From Octopus bimaculoides (Eukaryota), in assembly GCF_001194135.2 (NCBI RefSeq), contig NC_068981.1, positions 102,350,649 to 102,412,754 on the forward strand: 62,106 bases of DNA. Reading direction: 5' to 3'. Within the stretch, counting starts at the first letter, position 1. Each line of letters opens with the position of its first letter. The notes beneath the pieces are model-generated. The model saw only the letters and a list, made by a program, of their open reading frames with translations, did no database searches and was not told the origin of the DNA. This document shows, one piece after another, positions 35,482 to 49,715 of the stretch. The position numbers were made by a program, and so were the translations under genes.

Positions 35482-35640
35482 TATAACACCGGTGCTAAAA
35501 CGGGGGTAGCTGATGAAGAAGAATGTTCTCTATGTGGCTTGTGTGTTTTCTCGTCTACGTTTTGTTTGCAATGTCCTGTACCCAGATATGCACCTATACA
35601 TACAGGTGGATGTCGGTAACCACTTTCTTCCATACTTTGA
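35482..35640 (+). mobile_element. Penelope-like LTR-type repeat fragment (second copy at 61425-61650)
   Basis: The two loci share ag-ctgatgaag..tctatgtggcttgt..gtcctgtacc..gatatgca..tataca. The PLE link is inferred from the CTGATGA motif and palindrome. Confidence 0.45.
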
Positions 35641-35663
35641 ACTATATACATACATATATACAT

Positions 35664-35694
<31 letters not shown>

Positions 35695-36544
35695 CACACA
35701 CACACACTTTCATGGATATATATGTATATATCAGTGTGTGTGTGTTTGTTTATGTGCATGTGTCCGATGACTGAGACCACCTGTAAAGGATTACAAGAAT
35801 GTTAGTGGGGTGTAATATGTTGCTGTTGCAACATTCTACAGCTAAGTAATGTAATCAGTGATTGGAGGAAGTGATATTAATTCTCACCAAATATCTCCCA
35901 TATCTCTGGGTAGAAATCAATATGAAAATAACAATATTTTAAGGCTGTAGCGTATCTAATCATATACCGCTATTTAACTCATAGAAAGGGTATGGTATAA
36001 ACCTTTTATCTTCTACTGCAATAATTTCCTACAGCTATATTTCAGATCAATATCTCTTTTTTTTATCTACTTCATTTTAGGTATAAAACAGCTCCTCTGT
36101 AAATTCTCCACTATTCAATAACTATAGTACTTATTGATCTATTGATCTGTGTATTTCATGTCTTCTTTTTTTTCTTATATTTTGGTTTTATACTGATTTC
36201 TCAAATTCCTAACTAAATATCAGTTTAACAAAGATCTTTCTGATAGTTAGGCTGGTTGACATTTCAGATTTACAATGTTTTATGCATATTTCTTGCAGCA
36301 AACACTTTGTTTTACCCTATCAACCTATCAGTTAATTCTTTGAACTATTTTTAATCACAGGAAAATAGTCCAATAAAAGAAGGCCTGAAGCATATTAATT
36401 AATAAAATGCTATTTCTAGGACTGTAGCATAAGTGAATCTCAAATGTCTGTCTTTGATCTTGCAGCTATTATGAAGATAATGGTTGTTGTTGTTGTTGTT
36501 TTTGCTTAATCCCAAATCAGACCTGATTCTTTTATTCTTTTGCT

Positions 36545-36897
36545 TGTTTCTGTCATTTGACTGTGGCCATGCTGGATCACTGCCTAAAAGGAATTTAGTT
36601 GAAGAAATCTATCCCAAGACTTATTCTTTGTAAGCCTTGTACTTATTCTGTTAGTCTTTTTTCCTCACAAAGCCTTGGTTGACTTGAGTCTATAGCAGAA
36701 GATAATCCTCCCACAATGGGGAAGGGAGTAAGTAGATTACATTGACCCCAGTACTCAACTGGTACTTATTTTATTGACCTTGAAAGAATGAAAGGCAAAG
36801 TTGACCTCTGTGGAATTTGAATTCAGAACATAAAAACTGATGAAATACTATTAAGTGTTTTGCCCAGCATGCTAACAATTCTGCCAGTTCACCACCC
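36545..36897 (-). mobile_element. SINE family A tail followed by SINE family B
   Basis: Family homology. Confidence 0.8.
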
Positions 36898-37376
36898 TAA
36901 GGGTCACTATAATATTGAAAACATGTAGGTTCAGGTATGACAGTAGCTACCCTCTTCATCCAGGGCAGCACTACCTCATCCAGGCACTTGACATAGGCTT
37001 CCGTGTTGAGTCTGAGGCTGTGTGGGAAGATGAATGGAGGCATAACTTTGCCATCACTTTGCCTCCAAAGACCATGATGTTGACTGGATGTTTCATTTTT
37101 ATTACTCTCAGTACATGTCTTGGGGACATGGCAGGCCAATGGTTGTTCTGTGTGTTCAGCATCTGTTTGTATTGGAGCCTCAGGTGCAAATACCAAGCAG
37201 CACAGCATGTTGTTTTCCAAATTTCTAGCAGATTGAATTGCATCATGGTGCTGTTTTTCTCACAGACAGTGCCAAACTGACCCTACTATGCTGTGTAGTC
37301 AACAAAATCAAAAACAAACAATGCACTTGAATGAAATTAAAAACTAGAAAATGGTGACAATTTACTTATCGCACCC

Positions 37377-37379
<3 letters not shown>
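36897..37379 (-). mobile_element. maT-like element 5' part, same family as 34582
   Basis: TIR ggggtgcgataagtaaattgtcacc; MMQFNLLEIWK..; KHPVNIMVFGG; VMPPFIFPHSLRLNTEAYVKCLDEVVLPWMKRVA. Confidence 0.88.
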
Positions 37380-37415
<36 letters not shown>

Positions 37416-37689
37416 NNNNNNNNNNNNNNNNNNNNNNNNNNNNNNNNNNNNNNNNNNNNNNNNNNNNNNNNNNNNNNNNNNNNNNNNNNNNNNNNNNNNN
37501 NNNNNNNNNNNNNNNCCAAAATAAGTAGATCTATTGTTTAGGAAAATACTATTTACTTGTTTAAGAGTTAGTTGTACTGGATAAATTGTGAAAATAACTC
37601 TAATATTTCAAATACTAAGAAATAAGCATACTCAATATGATTTATACCAAATGATTTAGGAAAAGGAATGGGTTATTTCCATTGGCTGT

Positions 37690-37925
37690 TAAAATGAAAT
37701 ATATTACATATATAAAAGGATCCCTTCGAGGGGCACCTATTATCGATTTTTTTCAACAATCTGAGCATACCATGAAGTTTCCAGACATGAGTTCTACTCA
37801 CATGTCAAGTTTCATCAAAATCGATAAAACAATGAAGGAGTAGTTAGGTAACAACTCCACAAACACACCCACAGACAGAATTTCCTACATATGTAGTATC
37901 TATCTATCTATCTATCTATCTATCT
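37690..37925 (+). mobile_element. Possible non-autonomous Helitron-like repeat end
   Basis: atcgatttt..aagtttcatcaaaatcgat inverted motif, then a cacagacagaat and (TATC)n end, resembling Helitron-N ends from recall only. Confidence 0.3.
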
Positions 37926-38063
37926 AATTTTAACCAGTGGCCAGCATGAATAAAATAAGAATTGTTTTTTTTGTGGTTTAGGATTTAACTCCTATATCTA
38001 GCATGTTGGAAAACCACTTAGTGACTTTCTCCCTTTATGTATAATTTTTATACACACATATAG

Positions 38064-38110
<47 letters not shown>

Positions 38111-38169
38111 ATAGGAAGGACAACAAAAGAAAGAAAGAGACTTCGATATTATGTAAATAGAGGAATTAA

Positions 38170-38201
<32 letters not shown>

Positions 38202-38799
38202 NNNNNNNNNNNNNNNNNNNNNNNNNNNNNNNNNNNNNNNNNNNNNNNNNNNNNNNNNNNNNNNNNNNNNNNNNNNNNNNNNNNNNNNNNNNNNNNNNNN
38301 NNNNNNNNNNNNNNNNNNNNNNNNNNNNNNNNNNNNNNNNNNNNNNNNNNNNNNNNNNNNNNNNNNNNNNNNNNNNNNNNNNNNNNNNNNNNNNNNNNNN
38401 NNNNNNNNNNNNNNNNNNNNNNNNNNNNNNNNNNNNNNNNNNNNNNNNNNNNNNNNNNNNNNNNNNNNNNNNNNNNNNNNNNNNNNNNNNNNNNNNNNNN
38501 NNNNNNNNNNNNNNNNNNNNNNNNNNNNNNNNNNNNNNNNNNNNNNNNNNNNNNNNNNNNNNNNNNNNNNNNNNNNNNNNNNNNNNNNNNNNNNNNNNNN
38601 NNNNNNNNNNNNNNNNNNNNNNNNNNNNNNNNNNNNNNNNNNNNNNNNNNNNNNNNNNNNNNNNNNNNNNNNNNNNNNNNNNNNNNNNNNNNNNNNNNNN
38701 NNNNNNNNNNNNNNNNGAAGACCAGCAGTTGTCCATGCATACTAGCCTCCCCTCTCCACCAGTGTTATCCAAGAGAAAGGCTTGATATATATATGTATG

Positions 38800-38878
<79 letters not shown>

Positions 38879-38879
38879 G

Positions 38880-39160
38880 CATATATACATGTGTGTGTGC
38901 ATGTATATGCATAGTTGTGTCTCCTTGCTTTGACATTGTGTGATAGTTGTGAATGACTCTCACTGTCATACAAGCCATATCATTCATTTCCAGTATTCTG
39001 TGAGAATATATCTAGCCATGGGTAAATATTACCTTGCTTAAGAACAAGTGTGTTTTGGCACCAGGAGGGCATCTGACCACAGAAAACCTGTTTTGTAAAA
39101 CTGTGTCTAATGCACAGAAGTATGGAAAAGATGTTAAAATGATGGTGATAATGATATTCC
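38880..39160 (+). mobile_element. SINE with RTE-type tail, decayed
   Basis: ttggcaccaggagggcatctgacc..atgttaaaatgatggtgataatgat. Confidence 0.65.
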
Positions 39161-39951
39161 CTTTAATTATTTTGAAGTCTAAAGCTGTTGCTTATTTAGT
39201 TTATATCTAAATCCCATGGTGACAAATGAGCCTGTATATATCCAGTCATTCAATTTTTTAGATATAGCAGCCAAATCTCCCTCAGATGACACCTTATTGA
39301 CTAAAAGAAAAGGATAAAAGACCTAGAGTTTAAAAATGAAATGATCATGGTTAGAATGTTTCTGATCATAGGCTTACTAATTCGGGACTGACCTGGGGCT
39401 AAGCAACAACACCCCATGGTGATCTGTGAGTTTATTGTTTTCTACCAGTAGTAGAAGTTCTGAGGATTTTCATGCCTATTTCTGAGGGTGTTGACAATAT
39501 ATGTTAAATATACGATCAACTTTGAGAGAAATTAACAGTGGCCATTGCATAAATTAACTATTACTAAATTAGTTGCCTGAGTCGAAAAATGAGTAGAATG
39601 TAGATAATTAATCTAAATGAAGCAATTTGTTGGTAAATAGCTTTGTTCAGAAATGTCAGTAGAGTTTTTAAACAGTTTAGATTTTTCTCTCTTTCATCAA
39701 AGCTTTACAACTTACTTTCCTCATGCTAACTATTCCTAATTATATTTTTGAATGCCCATTACATTACATATATTGATACTTACTTCACTGTTATTTTTCA
39801 GGCAGATGGCATCTGTGAGAAATTGGCATTAGTGATCTATATTTTTTAAAATATGCCAATTTTAGATCTGTGATATCATACTTGTATACAAGTAGAGTAC
39901 ACAAGTTTAATATCACAGAATCATAGAGTGTACACAAGTATGATGGTGGAG

Positions 39952-40200
39952 GCACATGGCTTAGTGGTTAGGGTTTTGAATGCATGAGTGTAAGGTTGTG
40001 GATTCAATTTCTGGATTGGGCAACGCATTGTGTTCTTGAGCAAAACACTTCATTTCACGTTGCCTCAGTCCACTTATCAGGCAAAACTGTGTAATCCTGT
40101 GACAGACCAGTGTCCTATCCAGGTGGGGAATATACACACCATGAAGCTAGGAAACCAGCTCTTATGAGTCAGCATAACTCGAGAAGGTAAGTTTACCTTT
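39952..40200 (+). mobile_element. SINE family D/E variant
   Basis: ggcacatggcttagtggttaggg..gttcttgagcaaaacacttcatttcacgttgc. Confidence 0.8.
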
Positions 40201-40426
40201 TGCCTTACTCGTGTACAATAGATCCCTGATATACTGGTGTACATTATTAAACCACATCCAATGGTTTTTTGATACTACTGAAATAGCAGTTCTATCTCAA
40301 GTTATCAAAACTATGTGTCATCAGTGAAACAGCTGATGAGGGCATAATTTTCATTTATTTATTTTTCATTTTTTCTATCATTTCTGTAGTTTTACCATTT
40401 GTACTCTTTTCTTATACATACATATA

Positions 40427-40885
40427 CAGGGAATTTGAGCTAAATTTAATGATTCTTTTTTGTTTCCTTTTTTCAGAAACAGCTTGGTATATTGGTGAAC
40501 AGTCAATGGCATTGAAGAACATAAAGGTTAAAGATGTAGTTGAGAAAAAAGTTAACTAACATACAGGAATGGAAATCTCTGAGTATCAGAAATGAGTTAC
40601 CTGCATCATGATGATTTGCACCAGGTATCAAAATGCCAATATTAGGACTGTTGCTTGATGTTCTGTGAACACTGTAAAGGCTCTAAGATATCACATAGAC
40701 ATCATGAAAACTCAAGTTCTCCTAATCTTTGTGTGTGTATCCAGTGAGAGTGACTTCATGCTGCCCCACATCTTTGAACAGGGCCTTAGACTCAATTCAG
40801 ATGGCTATATGAAACTGCTGGAGACTATTGTCAGTCCCTGACTGGAGAGGATTGCTGCTGGAAAGCCATGTGTGGCAGCAGGTCT
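40427..40885 (+). mobile_element. maT-like element, second subfamily, deleted
   Basis: TA-caggg start, with MLPHIFEQGLRLNSDGYMKLLE..ERIAAGKPCVAA; homologous to the 50224 copy. Confidence 0.8.
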
Positions 40886-41231
40886 TTTCTCTGTAACATT
40901 ACCATATCTCTCTCTATTAAGTACTATGAGATCGTGTACACATATACAGGCTGAAATTAACTCTTTTTTCCTCGCATGCTTTTCCATTTACTAATTATAC
41001 ATACCAACCCGTCGTGGTTTTGGATATATATACAAAGTAACGGTAAATAAAAATCTCTTTACGACTTCAATCACTATTCATCTTTCACATCTCACAACAT
41101 GCCATTGCAATAACAACACAACTGTTACAATTGGTGATGACTCCGACGTTCCATCATATTGTTTATCAACTAAAAACATCACCGTTACATATATACACAT
41201 ATATATAGCCACATATATATATATATATATT

Positions 41232-41555
41232 CTTTTATTCTTTTACTTGTTTCAGTCATTTGACTGTAGCCATGCTGGAGCACTACTTTGAAGGGTTTTA
41301 GTCAAACAGATCAACTCCAGAACTTATTGGTTTTAAAGCCTAGTACTTATTCTATTAGTTTCTTTTGCCGATCTGCTAAGTTACGAGATATAAACACACC
41401 AATACTGGTTGTCAAGCGGTAATGGGGAGACAAACAAGGTTTTGGTTGGCCTGAGGCTATAGTGGAAGGCTCTTTGCCAGAGTACCATGCAGTGGAACTG
41501 AACTGGGAACCATGTGGTTGGGAAGTAAGATTCTTACCACACACCCATGACTGCA
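41232..41555 (-). mobile_element. SINE family A, internally deleted
   Basis: Family A homology. Confidence 0.88.
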
Positions 41556-41639
41556 CCTATATATTCATATGTGTGTGTGTGTTTGTGTTTGCATGTGTGT
41601 GTTGCAAAGCCTAGCTGTGAGTGAAATAAGAATGTAAAT

Positions 41640-41880
41640 GCAGTCTTTCTATAGAAAGTCCCTTCAATTCTTGACCTTGCTTCCACACCCTAAACTTCAT
41701 CTCCAGTCCTGGCAGGGACTCAGCTATTAGAGCATAGAGGAGCTCCCAGGGGCAGCCTGTCTTGAATTCCTCTGTTATTGCTGGGAGGACTATAATGAAT
41801 AAGAGGGAGCTGAGCACTGATCCTAGGTATTTCTCCTGTAGTTGCCTTACAAGAAATATAGCCTCAGTGGTGCTATATGA
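41640..41880 (-). mobile_element. RTE-clade RT fragment with internal deletions
   Basis: STTEAIFLVRQLQEKYL|GSVLSSLLFIIVL.AITEEFKTGCPWELLYA|LIAES..LEMKFRVWK..LELKGL; the DD of YADD has been lost. Confidence 0.88.
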
Positions 41881-41906
41881 TATATACATATATATATATA
41901 TATATA

Positions 41907-42643
41907 NNNNNNNNNNNNNNNNNNNNNNNNNNNNNNNNNNNNNNNNNNNNNNNNNNNNNNNNNNNNNNNNNNNNNNNNNNNNNNNNNNNNNNNNNNNNNN
42001 NNNNNNNNNNNNNNNNNNNNNNNNNNNNNNNNNNNNNNNNNNNNNNNNNNNNNNNNNNNNNNNNNNNNNNNNNNNNNNNNNNNNNNNNNNNNNNNNNNNN
42101 NNNNNNNNNNNNNNNNNNNNNNNNNNNNNNNNNNNNNNNNNNNNNNNNNNNNNNNNNNNNNNNNNNNNNNNNNNNNNNNNNNNNNNNNNNNNNNNNNNNN
42201 NNNNNNNNNNNNNNNNNNNNNNNNNNNNNNNNNNNNNNNNNNNNNNNNNNNNNNNNNNNNNNNNNNNNNNNNNNNNNNNNNNNNNNNNNNNNNNNNNNNN
42301 NNNNNNNNNNNNNNNNNNNNNNNNNNNNNNNNNNNNNNNNNNNNNNNNNNNNNNNNNNNNNNNNNNNNNNNNNNNNNNNNNNNNNNNNNNNNNNNNNNNN
42401 NNNNNNNNNNNNNNNNNNNNNNNNNNNNNNNNNNNNNNNNNNNNNNNNNNNNNNNNNNNNNNNNNNNNNNNNNNNNNNNNNNNNNNNNNNNNNNNNNNNN
42501 NNNNNNNNNNNNNNNNNNNNNNNNNNNNNNNNNNNNNNNNNNNNNNNNNNNNNNNNNNNNNNNNNNNNNNNNNNNNNNNNNNNNNNNNNNNNNNNNNNNN
42601 NNNNNNNNNNNNNNNNNNNNNNNNNNNNNNNNNNNNNNNNNNN
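41907..42643. other. Assembly gap (largest of 12; others near 6953, 11284, 19048, 19641, 24091, 26312, 28272, 35309, 37416, 38182, 48622)
   Basis: N-runs, mostly abutting (TA)n or (GA)n tracts. Confidence 0.99.
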
Positions 42644-42666
42644 ACGTTTATTTATTACTCTTTTAC

Positions 42667-43022
42667 TCTTTTTACTTGTTTCAGTCATTTGACTGTGGCC
42701 ATGCTGGAGCACCGCCTTTAGTCGAGCAAATCAATCCGAGGACTTATTCTTTGTAAGCCTAGTACTTATTCTATCGCTAAGTTACGTGGACATAAACACA
42801 CCAGCATCGGCTGACAAGCAATGGTGGGGGGACAAACACAGACACACAAACTTATACACACACATATGACGGGCCTCTTTCAGTTTTCGTCTACCAAATC
42901 CACTTACAAGGCTTTGGTCGGCCTGAGGCTATAGTAGAAGACACTTGCCCAAGGTGCCATGCAGTGGGACTGAACCTGGAACCATGTGGTTTGTAAGCAA
43001 GCTACTTACCACACAGCCACTC
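42667..43022 (-). mobile_element. SINE family A, near full length
   Basis: Family A homology from end to end. Confidence 0.93.
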
Positions 43023-43679
43023 AGGTTTGAAAGTCTTTGTGAAAATTACTTAATACAGTTTTTATGTATAAAGGGGATCTTTTTTTAAAAAGATTATTTT
43101 TTAAAGTGCTATGAAATTTTTATATCAGGACGTTTCAAATCTTCTTTGGGAAGACGATTTTGTCCTAGTGTGTGAGTGCTTTTGATTAAGCTTTTCAAAC
43201 ACATGTCGTCTGAGTATATATATGCAGGAAAACCTCCGTAAACGAGAAACTTCTATACAAATATTATCCTTACCAGAATTAGAATGGAAATCATGTATTT
43301 ATGTATGTGTGTCTGTCTGAGTTTGCACGTGTGTATGTGTGTGTGCATGCATACGAGTGTGTGGGTTGTGTGTGTGTGAATGTATGCGTGTCTGTTAAAA
43401 TAGAATGGATGTTACTGTAAAAAAAAAATATGGTTTCATTTGCTGCATGCATCCGGCAAACTTTCTATACAAGTTCCTGTGGAACAAACGAGTGAAAGGA
43501 AAAATAGGCAACGATCAGCTGAAAGAAAGAAGGAAAGAAAGAAAAGAAGGCAGGAAATAAGACAGCAAGGGAGGGAAAACATAAATAAGAATTGTCATGG
43601 AAAATGGCCAGGAACAACTTAAATTGGGAAAGGGTCCAGCCACATTGCTGGCTTGTCATCTAAATAATATAACTGGTAG

Positions 43680-44159
43680 GGGGTAGTGGTGGTGGTGGTG
43701 GTGGTGTTGGTGGTGGTGGTGTTGGTGGTGGTGTTGGTGGTGTTGGTGGTGGTGGTGGTGGTTGTAGTGGTATTCGTTGTGCCAGGGGTGGAAATGGATT
43801 TTATACTGAGATTGATGATTATGTTAATAATTATGGTGATGGTGATGATGATGACGAAGAAGATGTAGAGGAAAGAAGCGCAGTGTGTGCGTGACATTGA
43901 CAAGGATAATGGTTGTGGTGATGATGCTGATGCTCATGATTTGAATGATAAACTTTTGTTGTTGCTGACAGTTAATGGTAATGATGTTGATGACAACAAT
44001 GATGATGATGAGGGTAATGGTGATGATGATGATGATGTTATGGTGGTGATGATGATGATGATAATGATGTTGCTACTGCTGTTGCTGCTGCAGCTGATGG
44101 TGATGATAATGATGCTGCTGGTAATGTTGCTGATGCTGCTGTTTTTATGATGATGATGG

Positions 44160-44195
<36 letters not shown>

Positions 44196-44395
44196 CGACG
44201 ATGATTATGATGATGATGAATAAGATGAAACAAGATGATGGTGATGATGGTGGTGATGGCAATGATGATGACGACGATGATGATGATGCTGATGATGATG
44301 ATGCTGCTGTTGGTGATGATGTTGATGTTGATGATGATGATGATGATGCTGTTGATGATAATGATGAGGATGATGGTGTTGCTGATAAATTTATG
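43680..44395. repeat. Compound (GGT)n/(GAT)n/(GCT)n trinucleotide low-complexity block
   Basis: Direct reading; it explains the poly-M/D/H/S/T ORFs. Confidence 0.97.
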
Positions 44396-44937
44396 TTTAT
44401 TGATAAACAGGAGTACAAGAATTGTCTTACACAGACAGAAAGTCTCAGATTTTTAAGGGAATACTAATGGAAAACTAGTGACCATCATGCATAAATATAC
44501 ACAGAGTAATAAATAATGCCTACATAAAATACCAAGACAAAAAAAGAAAAAAAACCTCCACAAATTAGGTGTAATTTCTTATTTCACAGTCGAATGTTTA
44601 TTAGAAGGATTAGCTTTCTACTATCAAAATATCTTTACTACCCAAAAATTGGCAAATGCTGGAAACTCGCTGCTAGCTGGCCAACTGAATGATAAATGAT
44701 GTTGAATACATACCATCAGTGAGACTATATAGAAGATAAGTGGAAGTCAAGGGGATATGTAAGACTATGAGCTCATTGGTGTTTAGCTCAAATCCACTGC
44801 AGATATTTTTTTTGTGCATTTCAGCGATGTATTATATTCTGTGTGGAACTATGTACCAGATCTTCATGATAGAATTCTATATAATTCAAGGTTAACAGAA
44901 GGCTAGAAAGAATAGAAATGAATATGTGAAGTGTCAC

Positions 44938-44977
<40 letters not shown>

Positions 44978-45856
44978 GAGGAAGGCAACTAATGAAGTCC
45001 AGAGAATGATGGAGATTGAGCTAATGATGGATGCTGTGGAGATGAAATGGATAACTCATGTGTTGAAGAAGGATAAAAGTGACTGAGTGAGTGAAGTGAT
45101 GGAAATGAACATGGAAAAAAAAGATGGGAATGACGGTGAATGACATGGCAAAAATGTATAACAGTTTGTTTCAATCCCAAGTTTTCTCACATAGTAATCA
45201 CAAATTCGTCATGTGTACAAACCCAGTTTCAGTCCACTCAAGGGCTTTTGTTCACATGATAGTATGGCAGCGTGACTAGGGCCTTCTTTGAACAGAGCCT
45301 ACAAATATGACTCATTTGAGTGTAAAACTTCAGAGTGATCCTATACTGACCCTAGTTTTTGGTAAAGTATTTGTTGTCAGGAATTAGTAATAATGGTACA
45401 CCCCTCCTATGTGAAGAGTGGAATGAGACAGTCACTATAACTAAAGTGACATTGGCCAGCATCGAGAGAGTACATAGAGTACGTGTAGACTGTGTTGATG
45501 GTCATGTCTGTGCTGATATAGTAATTATACTGTGATACTGAGTGGATGCTATATATACATGACTGGGGGTCATACAGTGCCAGATGGAAACATCCTATTG
45601 GTGACTTCAGAATATAACAATATTTGTCAGAGTGACAACTGTTGTTCAAAGACAGACACAACAGTGGCTAAAGACCACTTTATAAGATTATTATATTAAA
45701 CCCTGATCTCAGAAAGATAAAAGGCAAAGTTGATCAGTGAAAATTGAACTCAGAATATAAAGAGCTGATAGTAAATACAGTAAGGCATTTTTGTTTTCTA
45801 ATACCACAGTCTTTTTATCAATCTATTGCTAAGAGTTGAAAAATAAATGAAATTAC

Positions 45857-45965
45857 CTTTATTCTGAATAGGATGCCTATCCATTATCCTTGATATAATA
45901 TTTCCAGAGGATCTGATAGCTCTGTTCAATACAGAATCAAATATATTGTTCAAATATCTAATGAG
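45857..45965 (-). CDS. Candidate internal exon (LIRYLNNIFDSVLNRAIRSSGNIISRIMDRHPIQNK)
   Basis: Acceptor ggtgttcAG and donor g|GTAATT; phase 0 to 1; unique sequence. Confidence 0.3.
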
Positions 45966-46399
45966 CTGAACACCAATAAGCTGGGAGTCCAATATCTCAT
46001 ACACTTGGTCACTTTATTCTCTCAGATGGAATATGTTTTTTTTCTTCATAGTATGCTTTATCAGGACCTCACAATTGTCTGCTGCTGTTAGCTCATGAGC
46101 AGCCTCTCTGAAATCTCTAGACATTTTTTTCATTATTTTAGTAGGGTCTTCTATCCTTTCTGACAATATAGACAGATAGATAAAAAGATAGCTAGATAGA
46201 AAAATAGATATCTAGATAGAAAGCTAGATAGAAAGATCAATAGCTTGATAGCTACATGCATATTGAAACATGTATGTATACATAGATATACACACTTATA
46301 TAGAAATATACATTATTGATACATATACACACATACAGATACATACATATGTACACACGTACACATGCACACACACACCTACACAAATGTTCATACATA

Positions 46400-46615
46400 C
46401 GAGGGACTGCTGAAAAGTCCCTGGCTTTAAGGTTTTTGCAAAAGGCCTGGCTGGATGCCCAACCATCCAAGTTCTTTTACAGGGGTTAGAAAAATTGAAG
46501 GACTGCTACAATAAGTGCGTGCATCTGAGAGGAGAATATTTTGAATACAATCATGATTAACGGATCCTCCAGTATTTTTTTTACCCAAAGCTAGGAACTT
46601 CTCAACACCCCTTTG
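46400..46615 (+). mobile_element. Mariner-derived MITE (copy of 2250)
   Basis: TA-cgaggga.tgctgaaaag..caacacccctttg-TA. Confidence 0.88.
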
Positions 46616-46941
46616 TACATATGTACATACAAATTAGAAATCAATAGGTGTGCGTATCCAACCACTTCTTGGAAAGTTGTAAATTTCTTGGATGTTACTT
46701 TGGAAACACACATAGGAAGGAAAACTATCATCCAAAGGATTGTTGACTTGTAGCAGAATGAAGCAAACTTTGCTTAGACCACTTTTTTAAGTCCTTCTAA
46801 ATTAACAGGTGAGTAGTACTATCCCTGGTAAGGGCTTCTCGGTCACTCAAGGTGCTGCTTCATCCTTCCATTGCCACAGTTTGGAAAAGAAGTGACCAAT
46901 GTCCAAAGTTGGCAACATGCAAGCTTTTTGAAATTACATAC

Positions 46942-47009
46942 TTTTAATCGGTCAAGTTTGTTTGTTCCAACTCTCCATTGCTGTGGGACTATGTTTTTAA
47001 GTAGTTCTT
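46942..47009 (-). CDS. Candidate internal exon (ELLKNIVPQQWRVGTNKLDRLK)
   Basis: Acceptor tttcatacAG and donor aaaa|GTATGT; phase 1 to 0. Confidence 0.3.
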
Positions 47010-47164
47010 CTGTATGAAATTGACTACAAACGTTAAAATATCCACAGAACTGCACTAATTTTTCGTCTAGAGTAACTTACCACCTAAGTGGCCTAGCATT
47101 GAATGGGATGACCAGAAACTGACTGATTCTCAGGTTTTCTATCAGAGTATCAATTTTTCTAGAC

Positions 47165-47421
47165 CAGTGTCTCTCAATCCTTTTTTTCCTATGGAACCCT
47201 TTGGTTCTTGTTTTGCTCTCCTGGACCTCCTCAATCAGTCAATGTATATAAAAATATTCTACTGTGTTTTTATAGTTAAATATTATTAGAAATTGTATTT
47301 AAAAAATTGAAATATTTTGTGTATCGTACAAGTATAAGCAATTTATTGCAGATAAATTTTAACAAAAAAAATCTTATATGGACCATCAAGGAACATATAT
47401 AGACCCTGTTGTAAACCACTG
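47165..47421. mobile_element. hAT (Charlie-like) MITE with an 8-bp TSD
   Basis: Ends cagtgtctctcaa and ttgtaaaccactg; TSD ttctagac (47157-47164) / ttcttgac (47422-47429), which fits the NTCTAGAN preference of Charlie elements. Confidence 0.8.
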
Positions 47422-47628
47422 TTCTTGACAGACATTCTTACAAGAGCTAGGTATCTATCTCACCCAAATGGTCTTCCTCCTTGCTTGTTCCCCATTATAA
47501 ATATTTTTATTACTCTGCACAATTACTAAAGAGTCATTAAAGCTACATTGGGTTTATCAGTTGATTCGACGAATCAACAGGACAAAGACATACATGCATA
47601 GTAGTCTTCCAAGATCCTATTTTGCTCT

Positions 47629-47677
<49 letters not shown>

Positions 47678-47829
47678 CTTCCTCAATATATGACTGGTAT
47701 TTTATTCTTTGGCCTTGAAAAGATGAAAAGCAAAGTTGACTTCAGCAGGATTTGAACTCTTGAGCACAGGGTGTTTGGACAAGAATTGCAAAAGGTTAAT
47801 TCAATATGGCACTTTAATGATTCTGTAGA

Positions 47830-48130
47830 AGCATAATATATCACTGTTACTGCCATTGCTACCACCACCACTGTTGCTACCAACAACATCACCACCACCA
47901 CCACCACCAGCAACAACGGAAACAAGAACAAGAACAGCAACAACTACAAGGGTAGCAAGATCAACAGAAGCAACAACAACAACGACAACAACAACTAACA
48001 ACAAAAACAACGGATACAACAATGGTAAAGTAACATCAAAAACAGCAACAACAACTAGAACAACTGCCACAACGCAAGCCATTGAACGATACAAATAACA
48101 ACAATGATAATAATAATAATAACAACTGCT
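47830..48130. repeat. (ACC)n/(AAC)n/(AAT)n low-complexity block
   Basis: Direct reading of the sequence. Confidence 0.95.
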
Positions 48131-48581
48131 AAAAATTCTATGAAAATAGGAACCAAAATAAGCATAAATAAAATAAAACAATTTGATACAAAAAAATTCA
48201 TTAAAGAATTGAACAATCTAAAAGAAAAATTTCTGAACATAAATGCTAACTTCCTTTAAAACACCCTTAGTTCAATCCATCCAAACAAAGATCTGGAATG
48301 TTCTATGCATTGTTTTTTTGTTGTTGTTGTTGTTAGATCTATCTTGATTCAATTCCTCTGTTTTACATTTTTTCTTTGATTTTACCATTTATTAATTAAA
48401 AGGTAAAACTTTAATGGGATTATATTACATGTTATTTCTTTTTTATAATTTTTATTCAGTTGTTAATTTTATTCATTAATTCTTGCTATTTTTTGATGTT
48501 GCTGTTGTTACTATTAATCTTGTTTAAATTTCCAAACATCCTTCTTTTAGAATTTTAAAAGAATGATCCCTTACACACACA

Positions 48582-48621
<40 letters not shown>

Positions 48622-48737
48622 NNNNNNNNNNGAACACAATTGCACACATGCACTCACACATATTCATGCCTACAAATATGTAATTATACACAAATATTAG
48701 TGTACATGTCCAGTCATTGACATACTCATGCATACAC

Positions 48738-48812
<75 letters not shown>

Positions 48813-48920
48813 AGGGGGAGAGAGAGAAAGAGAGAGATAGAATGACTGATAGAAACATTGATACATATATTCATACATACAAACATGCAAAGATACATGT
48901 ATATCAGTTCATCTATATAA

Positions 48921-48951
<31 letters not shown>

Positions 48952-49405
48952 TTCATACATACACACGCATACACACATTCATGCATCCAGCCATGCATAC
49001 AAACATACACATACTCATACATATACGCATTAACCCATACAAGCACACTTTCACAGGCACATACTTTTATATGCACATATTTATTACATTTATTGGACAC
49101 ATGCATACAGACACACCCATCTGTATAAAAACAAACACAGATGCATATGTTAACAGAAAAACTAAAATTCACAAATGCATACACAACCAAAACATTTACA
49201 CCCACACATAAACACACACCGAAGCATTCCAGACACATTCTAAAAATTTCTTTGCATTTACATATACATAAAAAAAAAACATCCAGGTTTTCTCTTTCTG
49301 ATGCTCACAGGCATATTCACTGGTACACTTTCACTCATACTTGCATATTTAAACACATTCACTTTAATGGGCATATAAGGTTATTTTAAAATTCTTACAC
49401 ACAAG

Positions 49406-49715
49406 GTGCATGGCTCAGTGGTTAGAGTGGTAGGCACACAATCATGAGGTTGTGAGTTTGATTCCCAGACCGGGCTGTATGTTGTGTTCTTGAGCAAGAC
49501 ACTTTATTTCACATTACTTCAGTTCCCTCAGCTGTAGAAATGAGTTGTGACATCACTGGTGTCAACCTGTATTGGCCTTTACCTTTCCCTTAGAGAACAT
49601 CAGTGGCATGGAGAGGTGGGGCTGATATGCATGGGCGACTGCTGATCTTCAATAAAACAACCTTGCCAGGATTTGTGCCTCGGGGGGGAACTTTCTATGT
49701 GCATGATCAAAGGAG
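49406..49715 (+). mobile_element. SINE family D
   Basis: Homologous to the 17764 copy along its length. Confidence 0.9.

Noticed and set aside
46790-46815. AG|GTGAGT recursive-splice-like site
   Set aside because: The pyrimidine tract is weak and host strand is unknown; it cannot be distinguished from chance.
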